Notes under the pieces: generated by a model | What the model saw: only the letters and a program-made list of their open reading frames with translations | The model's database searches: none | Told to the model about the DNA's origin: nothing | Program-made: the position numbers and the translations under genes | Assembly: GCA_030295235.1 (NCBI GenBank) | Contig: AP026141.1 | Location: forward strand, 496,001-560,000 | Source of the DNA: Fistulifera solaris | Taxonomy: Eukaryota | Reading direction: 5' to 3' | DNA length: 64,000 nt | Shown: piece after piece, positions 13,150 to 24,532 of the stretch | Layout of the letters: each line of letters begins with the position of its first letter | Numbering within the stretch: position 1 is the first letter of the stretch

Positions 13150-14006
13150 TTATGATTCCAGCAACCCCGGTATTTTAACCATGCCCTTTTCGGTCCATTC
13201 CAATGTCCGCCACATGCGTTCCAATTCTTCATCACTCCCTTGCACAACAATTTCATTTTCCGTTTCATCGGCATTGGCCACTAATTTGACCGAAATTTCG
13301 TCCACCCGATCTCCCGCACTCCAATAATACACCCCCGCATACGGACTCAATAACGCAATCGCGTACCAATTCAATCCAAAGGGCAATTCGACATCATTGA
13401 ATTGCACTTGCAAGACGAGCGCCAACGACAACAACCCGAGTGCCGTACAAAATACCAAAAAGGCGGCTTGTCCCAAACTCCGCTGCACAATTCCACGAAA
13501 GGTAATGGTTTCTCCGGCGTCAACGACTTCGTAGTTGTTCGAGGTCATGTCTGTCAGAAAAGCGAGCAAAGATGAGTCACGTTTTGTCCAAGCCATCCGA
13601 TCCAAGCCTACTGATACCTACACGCCATGATTTCTCCAGCTTGTTGTCGCAGGGATTTTCCTGCAGCCGCATTTTCTCCCGCCGTGACAAAGGTTTTTCG
13701 TTTGATTTTGGCCGACGTACTGCGTTTGACTTGCGACCAAACGCCGGGAAAACTCAAGACATAAAGTCCGAGGATGGTATAATACGATGCTTTACTGTAC
13801 GAAACACCTCCCACTTCCGGAGGTCCTTCGACTGCGGAAAGCAACAACGAAGAAAAATAATCGTTTTGTGTCACATCGACGAAAGGATCCATCGGCATCA
13901 TCATCGCTCGCGATAATCTAGGATAATTCGTTTGGGATGTCACGACAAACGCACGGCATTGAGTAGCGCATGAAAGGAGAAATGTAAATATCCAAGTGAT
14001 CTTCAT
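13150..14006 (-). CDS. CCB1: CCB1, cytochrome b6 heme ci assembly factor, plastid-targeted, 2 exons
   Basis: Signal peptide with CRA|FVV cleavage site; SYSKASYYTILGLYVLSFPGVWSQVKRS, EIMAY(splice)MTSNNY, FRGIVQRSLGQAAFLVFC, LSPYAGVYYW and EELERMWRTL..EKGMVK. Intron 13551-13621 (GT-AG). Confidence 0.9.
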
Positions 14007-14367
14007 GTTCGTTGATTGTAGTAGTGATAAAGATATAGTCTTTGATAATAGCAACAACAATAAAAGCCTCTTGTTTAGTTTGCCATCATCATGTTTTTAT
14101 TACTCCGCATTGCTCGTCGCAATCGCATCGTTTATTTTCGGCCGGACTGACGTACCAGTATGGTCGCGCTTGCGCACTATACGTGACTTGCTTATGGGAT
14201 TGCAACTACGGACGACGACAGACACTTGCCCGCAACACAAAAGATCTTTTTGTTATTTGTTCGCGTCGGCCGTTTTGCAACAGTGCATCTCATTTCGCAT
14301 CTTATTCGGAAGATTCATTCCTATTCATTCTTCTTTCCTTTCAAGAAGAACAATATTTCATACAAAC

Positions 14368-15480
14368 ATGCCATCCATTGTGGTTTTGACACCCGTCTTA
14401 CCCTTCAACGACCAGAACGAGATTGTCTTGTCGGAACAAGATCAACAGCGTGATGCCTTGGATGAATACAATCATTCACGTCAACGTCGTGCGTTGATTT
14501 TACAGGAATTGCGCACGCGTCCAAGGATCGACATCCAGCTCTGTACGCCGCCCGACGACAAGACCGACTGGGTGACGCGCATCTACAGCAAAGTCCATTC
14601 GACCGAATTGTTGCAATTCTTGCAGACGGCCCCGGCCCGTTGGGAAGCCTTGGGAAACGCCGGACAAGATCCCATTGCATCTCTGGGCGCTGGATTAATT
14701 CCCATTTGTATTCCTCTCGCACGAACGACGGCTTCGCAACGTCCGAGTCAACATGTCGTCGGACAAATGGGATATTATTGTACCGACAATTGCACGCCGT
14801 TGTTTGCCGGCATCGTCGAAGAATTCCAACGCGACGCTTACCTGGTGCAGCGTGCGTTGCAAGAGTCGGGTACAGTTGTCTTGTTGCCGACACATCCGGG
14901 TCACCATGCGGCGGCCGATTGTTTTGGAGGATACTGTTATACGAATCACGCGGCGGCGTTGGCGGTGCATTTGCCCCACGAGCGAGTTGCCATTCTTGAT
15001 GTCGATTACCATTGTGGCAATGGCACGGCCGCCATTTTTGATAATGACCCGAATGTACTCGTGGTCAGTTTGCATTGCGATCCGGACTACGATTATCCCT
15101 TCCATGCCGGATTTGCCGATGATGTCGGTACCGCTGGTACCACGTGTCATCTGCCGTTGCCACCGGGGACCGATTGGGCGCAATATCAACCGGCGTTGCA
15201 ACAAGGTTTACAACGCATTCGGGATTTTGGTGGCACGGTTTGCATTGTATCGTTGGGATTGGATACGTACGATCAAGATCCGTGTGCCTTGCGACGAGCG
15301 GGATTTCATTTGCGAGACGATGATTATATCGCCATGGGTCAGTGCATCGCACAAGGACTCGATGCGAATGTACAAGTCTTGTTTGTTCAGGAAGGTGGGT
15401 ATCGCATGGAGAAGGTACCCCAGGCGGCGGCCGATGTGATTTGTGGATTTGCGGAAGAACGCGAGAAATTGAGTGAATGA
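14368..15480 (+). CDS. Histone deacetylase-family amidohydrolase (acetylpolyamine amidohydrolase-like)
   Basis: PGHHA, GGYCYTN, Zn-binding DVDYHCGNGT, VSLH, SLGLDT and QEGGY motifs; intronless; ATG at 14368. Confidence 0.88.
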   Translation: MPSIVVLTPVLPFNDQNEIVLSEQDQQRDALDEYNHSRQRRALILQELRTRPRIDIQLCTPPDDKTDWVTRIYSKVHSTELLQFLQTAPARWEALGNAGQDPIASLGAGLIPICIPLARTTASQRPSQHVVGQMGYYCTDNCTPLFAGIVEEFQRDAYLVQRALQESGTVVLLPTHPGHHAAADCFGGYCYTNHAAALAVHLPHERVAILDVDYHCGNGTAAIFDNDPNVLVVSLHCDPDYDYPFHAGFADDVGTAGTTCHLPLPPGTDWAQYQPALQQGLQRIRDFGGTVCIVSLGLDTYDQDPCALRRAGFHLRDDDYIAMGQCIAQGLDANVQVLFVQEGGYRMEKVPQAAADVICGFAEEREKLSE

Positions 15481-15843
15481 AATAATTTGTTCAAGTATTC
15501 GATTTTTAAATACTTTGTATGGAGGTGTGAATTACCAAGTTTATTATTTGTAAACAGACTGTTTCTTGCGTCGTCTAGGTCTAGAAATTTCTATAGAAAT
15601 CATTATTCCCCTTCGTGTTCGCTTGGCTCGGGACTCTAAGTGGTTCGTGAACTGAGAAGCACGACTAAAACTCGTCCGCATCGCGATCGTCCGTCATCGC
15701 ATGCCGAAGCAGCGAAGCAACAAAAGCGAGCCAAAACACATTCGCCAAACTGTAAAAGCGGTCCTTATTACTACTCTCTCTCTTATTTTAAGTACACGTA
15801 TCGCTCCTTTTGAAGAAAGAGCAGCCACCCGCAAAAGCAAAGA

Positions 15844-16544
15844 ATGAAAGAACGACCCAAAATCTTGTGGAGTTGTATTGCACGCAACCATGTTGTTCTA
15901 GTAGAGACGGGTTCGGATGATCCAGCCGTCCGAGACACTGCACAAGGCCTGTTGGCTCGCAGAGCGACACCGGGATACGAATTCTATCATCAACGGCGTC
16001 GTTTACGGGGCTGTAAATTTCATATCTACGAACACACTCAACATGCGGACGTAGACGAGGAAGAAGATGAGTCGTCGCTACTGATTTGGGTCTTTGCGGC
16101 AGTATACGATGCTTCTGTTGTAACGCAAGTACAAGTACAAGCGTTTTTACAAAAAATAGTTCAACTGACGGAATTGCTAAGGCACGAAGATCCCGAGTGG
16201 CGGTCCGGATACAACTGTCAATCGACGTTTGCCCCGATTTTGCAACAACGCATGGAAGATATAACCCATCTAGCCAAAATTGTCGCACTCGAGCAACAAC
16301 TCGAAACGACGCGTGCTATCATGGAACGCAATATCGAATTAATATTGGATCGAGAGGAGCGATTGCTTCGAAGATTACACGAAAAGGCTTCGGAAGCGAA
16401 CGAAATGGCACAAATCTTTCGCAAACGCACACGCAAGGTGCGACGGATGCAATTGATGCAACAAGCGAAGCATGGGATAGTAGTAGGAACCGCCATTACA
16501 CTGGTGTTGCTATTGCGGTCGTACCCGTGGTGGTGGCATTGTAA
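15844..16544 (+). CDS. Longin-domain R-SNARE (VAMP7-like), frameshift at ~16500
   Basis: N-terminal longin-like region and SNARE motif IMERNIELILDREERL. Adding one base at ~16500 gives a C-terminal TM GTAIT-GVAIAVVPVVVAL*. Confidence 0.85.
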
Positions 16545-16899
16545 GAGTTCAATGAGCGCTGTCGGCAGTGAACTTTCATGCACCAAAGGTCAGACCGTAG
16601 CGCACACACCATCACTAGCTCATTTTTTCATTTCGAGAATCGAAGCCGAATAGTGATTTGAAGAATGAATGGGCTGTGTGCTTTGAAGTCAGGCTAGAGG
16701 CTAGAGACTCTGTTTCCCGGTGTCTCCTATTTAGCCGTTGCGACAACGGAACGGTACTTCGCAATTGTCAAACATTATTATTACTCCAGTATTATTTATT
16801 TCGTCCAGCATCATCGCATTCTTGTTATTCGCCACAATTACAGCTTACCAATCGATAATTGAAGTATCTGTATTGTTTCTTCTTATTGACCGAAGCCAC

Positions 16900-17352
16900 A
16901 TGATGATGAAGCTCGAACCACGCAATTCGCTCTTCGTTTACGGCACTCTCATGGCACCTCCCGTCATTCAAACTCTGCTGGGTCGGGTGCCCCCGCACGG
17001 CACGGCCCTCCTTCCCCATTATCGACGCCATCCGGTGCGAAATCAAGTCTATCCTGGAATGATTTTCGAGAAGGGTGCGATGACACAAGGCATTTTGTAT
17101 TACGGACTGACACCCAAGGAGATAGCACGACTCGATTGGTTTGAAGATGTCGAATATACGAGACGACCCGTCATTGTGACAATGGACGCAAAAGAGACGG
17201 CGACAGAAACGTATGTATGGACGAATCCTCTCTCCGAGTTGCAGTTGGATGCCGAATGGTCGATCGAAGACTTTTCTCAAACCCATTTGACCCGATTTTT
17301 AGAACAAACGGTTCAACCTTGTTGCATTCGACTGGAACGTGAAGGTTTGTAA
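16900..17352 (+). CDS. AIG2-like / gamma-glutamylcyclotransferase family protein
   Basis: LFVYGTLM, YPGM, LDWFEDVEYTR and TYVW motifs. Confidence 0.88.
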   Translation: MMMKLEPRNSLFVYGTLMAPPVIQTLLGRVPPHGTALLPHYRRHPVRNQVYPGMIFEKGAMTQGILYYGLTPKEIARLDWFEDVEYTRRPVIVTMDAKETATETYVWTNPLSELQLDAEWSIEDFSQTHLTRFLEQTVQPCCIRLEREGL

Positions 17353-17519
17353 CGACTCCGCTCCATAATCTACTTGGTCCACTACTTTAAATCTTCCCAT
17401 ATGTTCTGTTCTAATAGTTAATTTTTTATTATGATGTTAGTTCGCCTTTTCCATTTACGACTTTCGTCGTTCGGCAAGCGAATTTCTACTGTAATCCTTT
17501 TTCGCGTTTCACTTCTTAC

Positions 17520-17872
17520 CTATTTCACACGCTTCGCCAAACCTGCCGATAGAAGATCATCGACCGAGTCTTTCTTCACCGTCGGCACCTTTTACGTACG
17601 ACCGGGGCGACCGAGTTGGCTTGTTGCGCATTTTCTTGTTCTTGTTTCGCCTTTTTGGCCGCAATTTTAGCTTCTAAAGCGGCCGCATCACTGCTATTGC
17701 GTTGCAACGGATCTCCTCCCTGTAAGAGCCAATCCAAATAATGAGAATATAAACACTACAACGATAGAGAAAGTCACTCGCAACTTCGTACCCTGGCTTG
17801 CGATTTGGCTTTCGCCTGTTGCTTGGCTAAATTCTTGGCACGATCTCGTTCTCGCTGGTCACCTCGTGACAT
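17520..17872 (-). CDS. SERF/4F5-like small EDRK-rich protein, 2 exons
   Basis: MSRGDQRERDRAKNLAKQ, intron 17720-17791, then GGDPLQRNSSDAAALEAKIAAKKAK...DDLLSAGLAKRVK*. Confidence 0.85.
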
Positions 17873-18258
17873 TGTTTGCAAGCAAATGAAATAGAAAAGG
17901 TTGTAAGGAAGGCAAGAGAAAGACAAGGGAGAGGCGCAACGACTGGCGGTGCGATTGTTGCTGCAAACAGCGCCGTGTTTTTCTCGCGAATGACGCCTGC
18001 AAACGGACGCCAAGATGATGGCGAGATGATGCTGACGTTGCACTGTGCAAGAATGGACGTACCGACGTACCGGTACTTGGAAACAAGGTGAAAAACGTGT
18101 TCGGTTAAACCTGAACCATGCATGGTTGAACCTGTGAACTTGCACCTAACCTAAGTCGACAATGGAGGAGTCAATCTAGAGAGGTCTAATTTGCAAGAAA
18201 AGAACATAATCAACCACGAAACTATACATAGAACTGTTTCAAACAAAAAGGAGTGCAA

Positions 18259-19088
18259 CTACTTGTCTGCTTGAAGAGCCGCCACGACGGATGCGGAGTC
18301 GGTCACGGACCCAAAGATCCCTCCTTGTGCCGTAATCATGCGGAGCGCCGTTTCGTGAAAGTCATCAAAGAAGGAAGCACACGCATCCGACACGGCAATG
18401 CAGTGATAGCCACGATCGTTGGCTTCTCGGATGGTGGTATGGACACAGACTTCGGTCGTGACACCCATGACCAACAAGGTCATAATTTTTTGGGCTTGCA
18501 AGATGGCTTCCAAGTCTGTGGCATAGAAAGATCCTTTTCCTGGTAGAATAATAATGAAAACAAGATGTAATATAGCAGTGAGTACAGTAACCCTTGTCCA
18601 TCCATTTCCAACGAGTGACGACGCCTACCGGGTTTGTCCACGACCGGCTCACCGGCAATGGGATACAGTTCTTCAATAATATCATGACCTTCTTCACCAC
18701 GAATTAAAATTCGACCCATGGGACCCATTTCACCAATGGCCGGGGGTACGGCGCCGTGCTTGTCATGCTTCCAGGCGTGCACATCGGCCATGCTGGGACG
18801 GTGGCCCTAAACAAGAAGGAGGTGAGATAACAATCATCAAAGAGTCACACTCAAAACATCACGGATACGCACTTCACGGGTATGAATCACCAACATATTC
18901 CGAACCCGTGCCGCTTCCAGCACATTTCGACAGGGCTGAATGGCGCGCGTCAATTTCGAAACATCGTTCCCCAACTTTTCGCCAAAACCACCCGGCAACA
19001 AAAAGTCGCGTTGCATATCGATGATGAGGACCGCCGTACGCGACAAATCAATCGTTCCATCCCGTGGTTGCATTTGAATCGGAACCAT
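18259..19088 (-). CDS. trtA: Isochorismatase-family cysteine hydrolase, triuret hydrolase (TrtA)-type, 3 exons
   Basis: Exons 19088-18873, 18806-18629 and 18539-18259. Catalytic triad D (IIDMQ), K (DKPGKG), C (TTEVC). Discriminating positions follow the TrtA type: [10 protein letters not shown] (F, L, N), TTEVC (E), CASFF (aromatic), QGGIF (I). Confidence 0.85.
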
Positions 19089-19483
19089 GGTGTTTGTTCA
19101 ATATTCCTTTATTGGATGAAAAAAAACAAGAAAACACAACCGAAAAAGGACCGGAATGAGTTTGATGAAAGAACAAATAACAATAATAAAATGTTATTGT
19201 GATTTATTGTGCGAAGAAAAGATCCTCTTCTAAAAAACGTACGGATCCGTCTTTTATGGACTATAGAACTAAATGTAGTATCGTTGTTGTACTCTTTGTG
19301 TCTCTCTTCTTCTTCTCCTGCCGAGATCGGAAGATGGGCATTTCATTTTTTGTTCCATTTCATTGATTCTTCTTTTGTTGTCGCAAACGTCGAACGTCAC
19401 TCGTTGGATTCAACAGGCGCAAAAAGGAGTCCATTCATATAATATATAAAGATAATATTCGATCGACTTCAACAGAATCGAAG

Positions 19484-20416
19484 ATGTTGCATACTCATTC
19501 TTTATCTGCTTACTTCTTCTTCTTCTTCTTGTTATTGTGCTTCTACGGCACCGTCATCGCTCACGAGTATTTAATTGTCGGTGTCAGTGGGGGATTGCAA
19601 GATGGATTCCCCGAACGTTCGAAAATGGATTATCATCACGGTCAAGACGATGCCGTTCCGGCACTATTTCTTGGAAAAGGTCTGGTGCGCGGCTATAAAG
19701 CCTTTTTGGATGTCATGCAACCGGGATGGCGACAATATATTGAAGAACCCGGACAACCGCTCATCAACAGTAACGTGTTTCCGACGGGATGTTACGAACA
19801 TGCGAATGAATATTGGATTTATTTAATTGACGCTCGTCAAGTCATGGCCGTCTTGAACAATGAACCACGGTTTCTGAGTATCACACCCGACACGGGGATG
19901 GTCGATTTGCAGGCGGGCGAAACGACCCCAGTCGTGCGCGCTTTGTTCACCAATATTATTCAACAGCAAGGCAAATCCGATTTCGAAAGGGTCGCTATTC
20001 CACTCGTCACCGCCGTTTGGTTTCAAAAGGAATCGCATGTACCCAGTCCACCGATTCGTATACACGACGATGGCACGCAGATTACCAATTTCCCCGAATC
20101 GTTGGCCCTGTGGGCCAATGTGAGTGATGCCGATCGGACTGCTTTAGTACAAGAAGACTGTTCCGATCAAACGTGTTCCGCCGAAGCCCTCCAACGCGTC
20201 CAACGGTATTGGGATGGCATTCGTCGCGCCGTCCGTCACGCCGAGCAGTCGTTGGCGGAGTTGAAAGAAGTCGATTACGGTCCACCCTTTTCCTGTCAAA
20301 AGAAAGTACGCTTTGGTGTAGGAAATGACACGGCCCGGATCAATGATCCCTTTTCGAGCGAACAAATGACGGAACTATTACAATCGGTAGGATTCCATTT
20401 AGAACAAAACAGCTAG
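19484..20416 (+). CDS. Hypothetical secreted protein (310 aa) lying between trtA and biuH
   Basis: ATG-started intronless ORF with a hydrophobic signal-like N-terminus (FFFFFLLLCFYGTVIA|HEY) and globular-looking composition; no recognisable motif. Confidence 0.7.
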   Translation: MLHTHSLSAYFFFFFLLLCFYGTVIAHEYLIVGVSGGLQDGFPERSKMDYHHGQDDAVPALFLGKGLVRGYKAFLDVMQPGWRQYIEEPGQPLINSNVFPTGCYEHANEYWIYLIDARQVMAVLNNEPRFLSITPDTGMVDLQAGETTPVVRALFTNIIQQQGKSDFERVAIPLVTAVWFQKESHVPSPPIRIHDDGTQITNFPESLALWANVSDADRTALVQEDCSDQTCSAEALQRVQRYWDGIRRAVRHAEQSLAELKEVDYGPPFSCQKKVRFGVGNDTARINDPFSSEQMTELLQSVGFHLEQNS

Positions 20417-20436
20417 AAATTATTGAATATTTGTTT

Positions 20437-21398
20437 TTACGTTTCACTACTCGATAGACACCGAATGAGCGTTGCGGAATCCGTGACGGCACCAAAGACA
20501 CCTCCTTGTTTTTGAATCATGGAAATCGCCGCATCATGATTCAGAGGATCCGTGGCGGCACAACAATCTGAAACGAGTAAACATTCGTAGCCCATGTCGT
20601 TTCTAGAAACCCAGAAAGCATGTTGAGTCCAATTCCATCCAGATGCAACCCAGAACGATACTTTTCAACTTACGCATTGCGCATCGTCGTATGAACACAC
20701 ACATCGGTGGTGACACCCGCCAGAATGATATTGACAATGCCTTTGGAACGCAAAATCAAATCCAAATTCGTGCCTAAAGTTGTGATGTAAGACGAACCAT
20801 CTCCTCTACACTCCAACACACACAGCAGACGCACGCACCAACAAAGGAACCCTTGCCGGGTTTATCAATGACCATTTCGTTGGGTAAGGGAGCCAATTCG
20901 GGTATAATTTCCCATCCCGGTTCTCCTTTCACCAAAATGCGACCACAGGGTCCGGCCGAACCAATGCCGGCGCCAATCTGTTGACTTCGCCACAATTTAT
21001 TGGGCGGACAATCGGCCAAATCGGGGCGATGTCCTTCGCGGGTATGTAAAATGTGATATCCCAAGCCGCGCATACATTCCAATACATTTTGAATGGGTTC
21101 AATCGGTTTCCGTGTCAACGAAATCTATATCCAAAGTGAGTCAGTGCGAGAGTGTCTCATTTTTCTCCCTTGCGATATATTTTCCGTTACTTACATCGTA
21201 TCCCATCTTGTCAACGTATCCACCTTGAGAACAGAAATCGACCTAAAAGAGTGTCAACAATCGTTTCGACGAAGCAATCGATTCGTTCCTTTTTCTAGGA
21301 CGCACCTGCATATCAATCACAATAATACACGTATTTGACGGATGCAAGTTTCCATTGTACGGCCATAAATACGGTTGCGCGTCAATGTATTTTGTCAT
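20437..21398 (-). CDS. biuH: Biuret hydrolase (BiuH), isochorismatase family, 5 exons
   Basis: Exons 21398-21306, 21242-21195, 21124-20839, 20773-20674 and 20602-20437 splice to [16 protein letters not shown]...[31 protein letters not shown]...[29 protein letters not shown]...DKPGKGSF...[20 protein letters not shown]...CAATD...QGGVFG. BiuH-type residues Y, M, Y, D, T, V are all present. Confidence 0.92.
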
Positions 21399-22206
21399 CT
21401 TTCTGCGTTACTTGCTTTTTGCTCTAGCAAGAAATCGTTCTTTTTTCGCCGATGCAAACAATGAGTTATGTTTGCCGCAAAGAGGAGATCAAGGAACGAA
21501 TATTCATGATAATTTTTTCATCCGAGATCCAACGCAACGTGGAGAGGTACGGTACCGGTACCTGGTACTTATTGTACCGGTATCTTATTCGAGATTGATT
21601 ATTCGCGATGGCGCGAACAGGGAACCAGAATTTTGGAAGCCCACAAGCCCACAAGGGTGGCCAACGAAACTTCGCGCGAGGTTGAAGGAAGTTGATTCAT
21701 GTGAGTTCCTACTGTTTGTTCGAGAGTCAATGACGCATGACTTCATTCTTCCCGTAGTGACGTGCATGGTCGTACTTTATGGCAGCGTCATGAGACATGA
21801 GATCCTCCCATTTTCTGGATTACTTTTATGCCATTGGACAGTTTTGCTGTTTTTAGAATCAACCGAATTACATACTTTTACTGTAAGCTACTCCAAACTC
21901 CAAACTAGCTTACTAACGCGTTCGCAGTATACATGTCACACAGACGTCACTCGATCGTCGTTGTTCCGATGGACTTGGAGTACTTTTTGCAGGAAGACGT
22001 TTCACGTAGAAATTGACGTACAAAGTGAGTACACAACGATGCCGAGCACGTGGATCGGCTCGATCTTCTCATTTCTTCAACAGAACATTGGTGATGGTAT
22101 TGTTTTTCACCTGGCGATAGCGATCCTTCTTCGATTTGATCCTCTCGGATCGTTTCATTGTTTATTTTTTTGTTATAATATCGATCGGTTGCATTTCCTG
22201 CCAACT
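21399..22206. promoter_or_regulatory. Divergent (possibly bidirectional) intergenic region between biuH and the permease
   Basis: Head-to-head ATGs at 21398 (-) and 22207 (+). Contains clustered GGTAC/GTACC motifs at ~21546-21582. Confidence 0.45.
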
Positions 22207-24532
22207 ATGCCGGAACCGAAACTTCCACCCAACGAATCGACCTTTGCAGAGGATGTCAAGTCCATGTTTTCCATGACCCCCGCCGATTGGGGTTGTCTTT
22301 GTCAGCTCTTTTTGACAATCTTTCCACGCTGCTCGGTGCACTCTTTGCCATTCAAGGATTGGCCAATTTGGGAGATATCAGTGCCGATTTGAGTATGGTC
22401 AATTACTATATTTTCGGGAAGATTGTGCCCGGTGTCGGTGTCACGTTGCTCGCCGGAAACATTTACTATGCGTGGCAAGCGTCGCGTCTCACCAATCGGT
22501 GGGGACGACAATACACGGCACAGCCGTACGGATTGAATACGCCGGCGGCCTTTTCATTCGTCTTTAACATCATGTGTAAGTGCCTGATAAGACGCCGGGA
22601 GTGTAGGGTGTCGATCGTCAACACATTTATCTCTCTCTTCCAACCTATCTCTCTCAATCTCTCTCTTCCAATCAACACACACGCAGACCCTGTCTATTTC
22701 AGTTTGGTGTTTACGGAAGGCCCCGAAGTTGCCTTCAAGACGGCCTACGATGTCGCTTTGGCGGCCAACTTTATTACCGGTTTGATTTCCACCGTCTTGG
22801 CCTTTTTTGGTCCCTTGATTTTGCAGTACGTCCCGCCCGCCGCCCTTCTCGTGCCGATTGCCGGCATTGGCATTGCCTTTTTGGGCATGGAACAAGTCAC
22901 CAACAGTATTGCTGCCCCACTCGTCGGATATCCCGCCATTTTGTTTGCCTTTTTGGGCTGGTATTCGGGTGTCCGTTTGGGATACGGCAATTACCGTTGT
23001 CCGGAAGCACTCCAAGTCATCATGGTTGGTGTCATTATGGGTTGGTCCACGGGTCTCAACAAAAAATCCACCGTGGAAGATGCGATGGATCTCGTCAAGT
23101 GGTACGGCCCGGATTGGTCCGCCGATGACATGTTTGCGAATTTTGATCTCATTAAGGATTATTTGGGAATTGTCATTCCCATTGGGATTTCCGCCACCGC
23201 CACCACATTGATGTGTCTCGTATCGGCCAAGAATGCGGGGGATCCGGTACGTCCATCACCGTTGCTGTGTGTGTCACATTCGATCTTATGTTCTTACCCT
23301 TGTCTCCCACAGTTCCCCGTTCGTGAATCGATGATTGCGGATGGTATCGGAACCATGATTGCGTCCTTTTTCGGTTCTCCGTTCGGCACGGTCATTTGTA
23401 AGTCCAGAGTGTGGTTCAAGTGAAGAGATGATTGACTGAATTCAAAAATACTCACTGTTTTCTTTGCCACACAGACATTGGACATCCGGCTCACAAGCGC
23501 AGTGGTGCCAAGACCGGATACAGTATGGCTAACGGTCTCATTTACTTTATCTTGTCGTGGTTTGGAATTCTGGCTTTTATTCAGAGCATTGTCAATGTCG
23601 CAACCATTGGTCCGATTGTTTTGTTTGTCGGTACGTCGATTATGGGAGTCGGCAATGGGATTCGATCGATCGATCAATTTCTCACCCAATGATTTTTTTG
23701 CCTTTTTTAGGTCTCGCCATCAACGAGGAATGTTTGAACTTTATTCCGTCCCGTCATTATGCAGCCTACATGTAAGTACCGAATCCCTCTCTCGAGGATG
23801 TCTTTTGTTACGGCATCTGACAACAGTTTTTCATTCGACAGCGTTGGTTTGTTTCCCTCCATTTTTGATTGGGTCGTGAATGTGTCGAATCGCAGTCCTC
23901 TCGGTAATGACGCGGATGGAAATACCAATTTCCCCGGTGGCGATGGTTGGTTTGGTATCTTGGCTTGGAAACGCGGTGCCTTGTTGGTCTCCTTTGTGTG
24001 GGTTGCCATTTTGGTACGTGAAGTGCATGCTCTCTGTTACAATATTGTTCCTTTCTTTTTCTTATTCTTTTATTGCTTTTAGGTCAGTGTGATTGATCGT
24101 CAATGGAACAAGGCGACCTTTTGGAGTTTGTTGGCGGCCGGTTTCTCTCTCTTTGGTATCATTCACATGCCCGAAGCTGGTTTGGAGAAGTTGTCCGAAC
24201 CGTTTTGGGAACAGTGTCCCGCCGGCGGTTCCTGTTGGGAACATGGCGAACAGTGGATGTACTTTGTGGCCTATCTCATGTTTGCGGGCATTTTTGTGCT
24301 CATCGAATTGGCCCGTCGCTCCGGTCTCGATGAACAACTCTTGCCCGGTCTGGAAGATCCGACCTCGGACGAATTCAAGGACTGGTTCCGTGACGCCGAA
24401 AAGACGACGCACACGGTCACCAAGACGTGGCGGGATGAATTGGAAGAGAAACGTTTGGATCCGACGGTGCAGTCGAGTGAGAAAGTGATGGGATCGGACG
24501 ACGATGATTCGCCCGTCGAAGGAGACGCCTAA
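22207..24532 (+). CDS. NCS2/AzgA-like (xanthine/uracil-type) permease, 7 exons, one apparent poly-T frameshift at ~22310
   Basis: DW..LCQLF(F)DN, YTAQPYGLNTP, VPPAALL, FPVRESMIADGIGT, FGSPFGTVIYIGHPAHK..GAK.GYS and multiple TMs. GT-AG introns at 22576-22686, 23247-23312, 23398-23474, 23631-23710, 23772-23841 and 24014-24082 all keep the frame. Confidence 0.85.

Noticed and set aside
21355..22206. 345-aa ORF 21355..22392 as a separate gene
   Set aside because: Non-ATG start, overlaps the biuH start on the opposite strand, and only its last part (from ATG 22207) is the permease N-terminus.
18259..24532. Bacterial contamination as the source of the hydrolase cluster
   Set aside because: Three of the four genes carry multiple canonical spliceosomal introns that restore conserved motifs.
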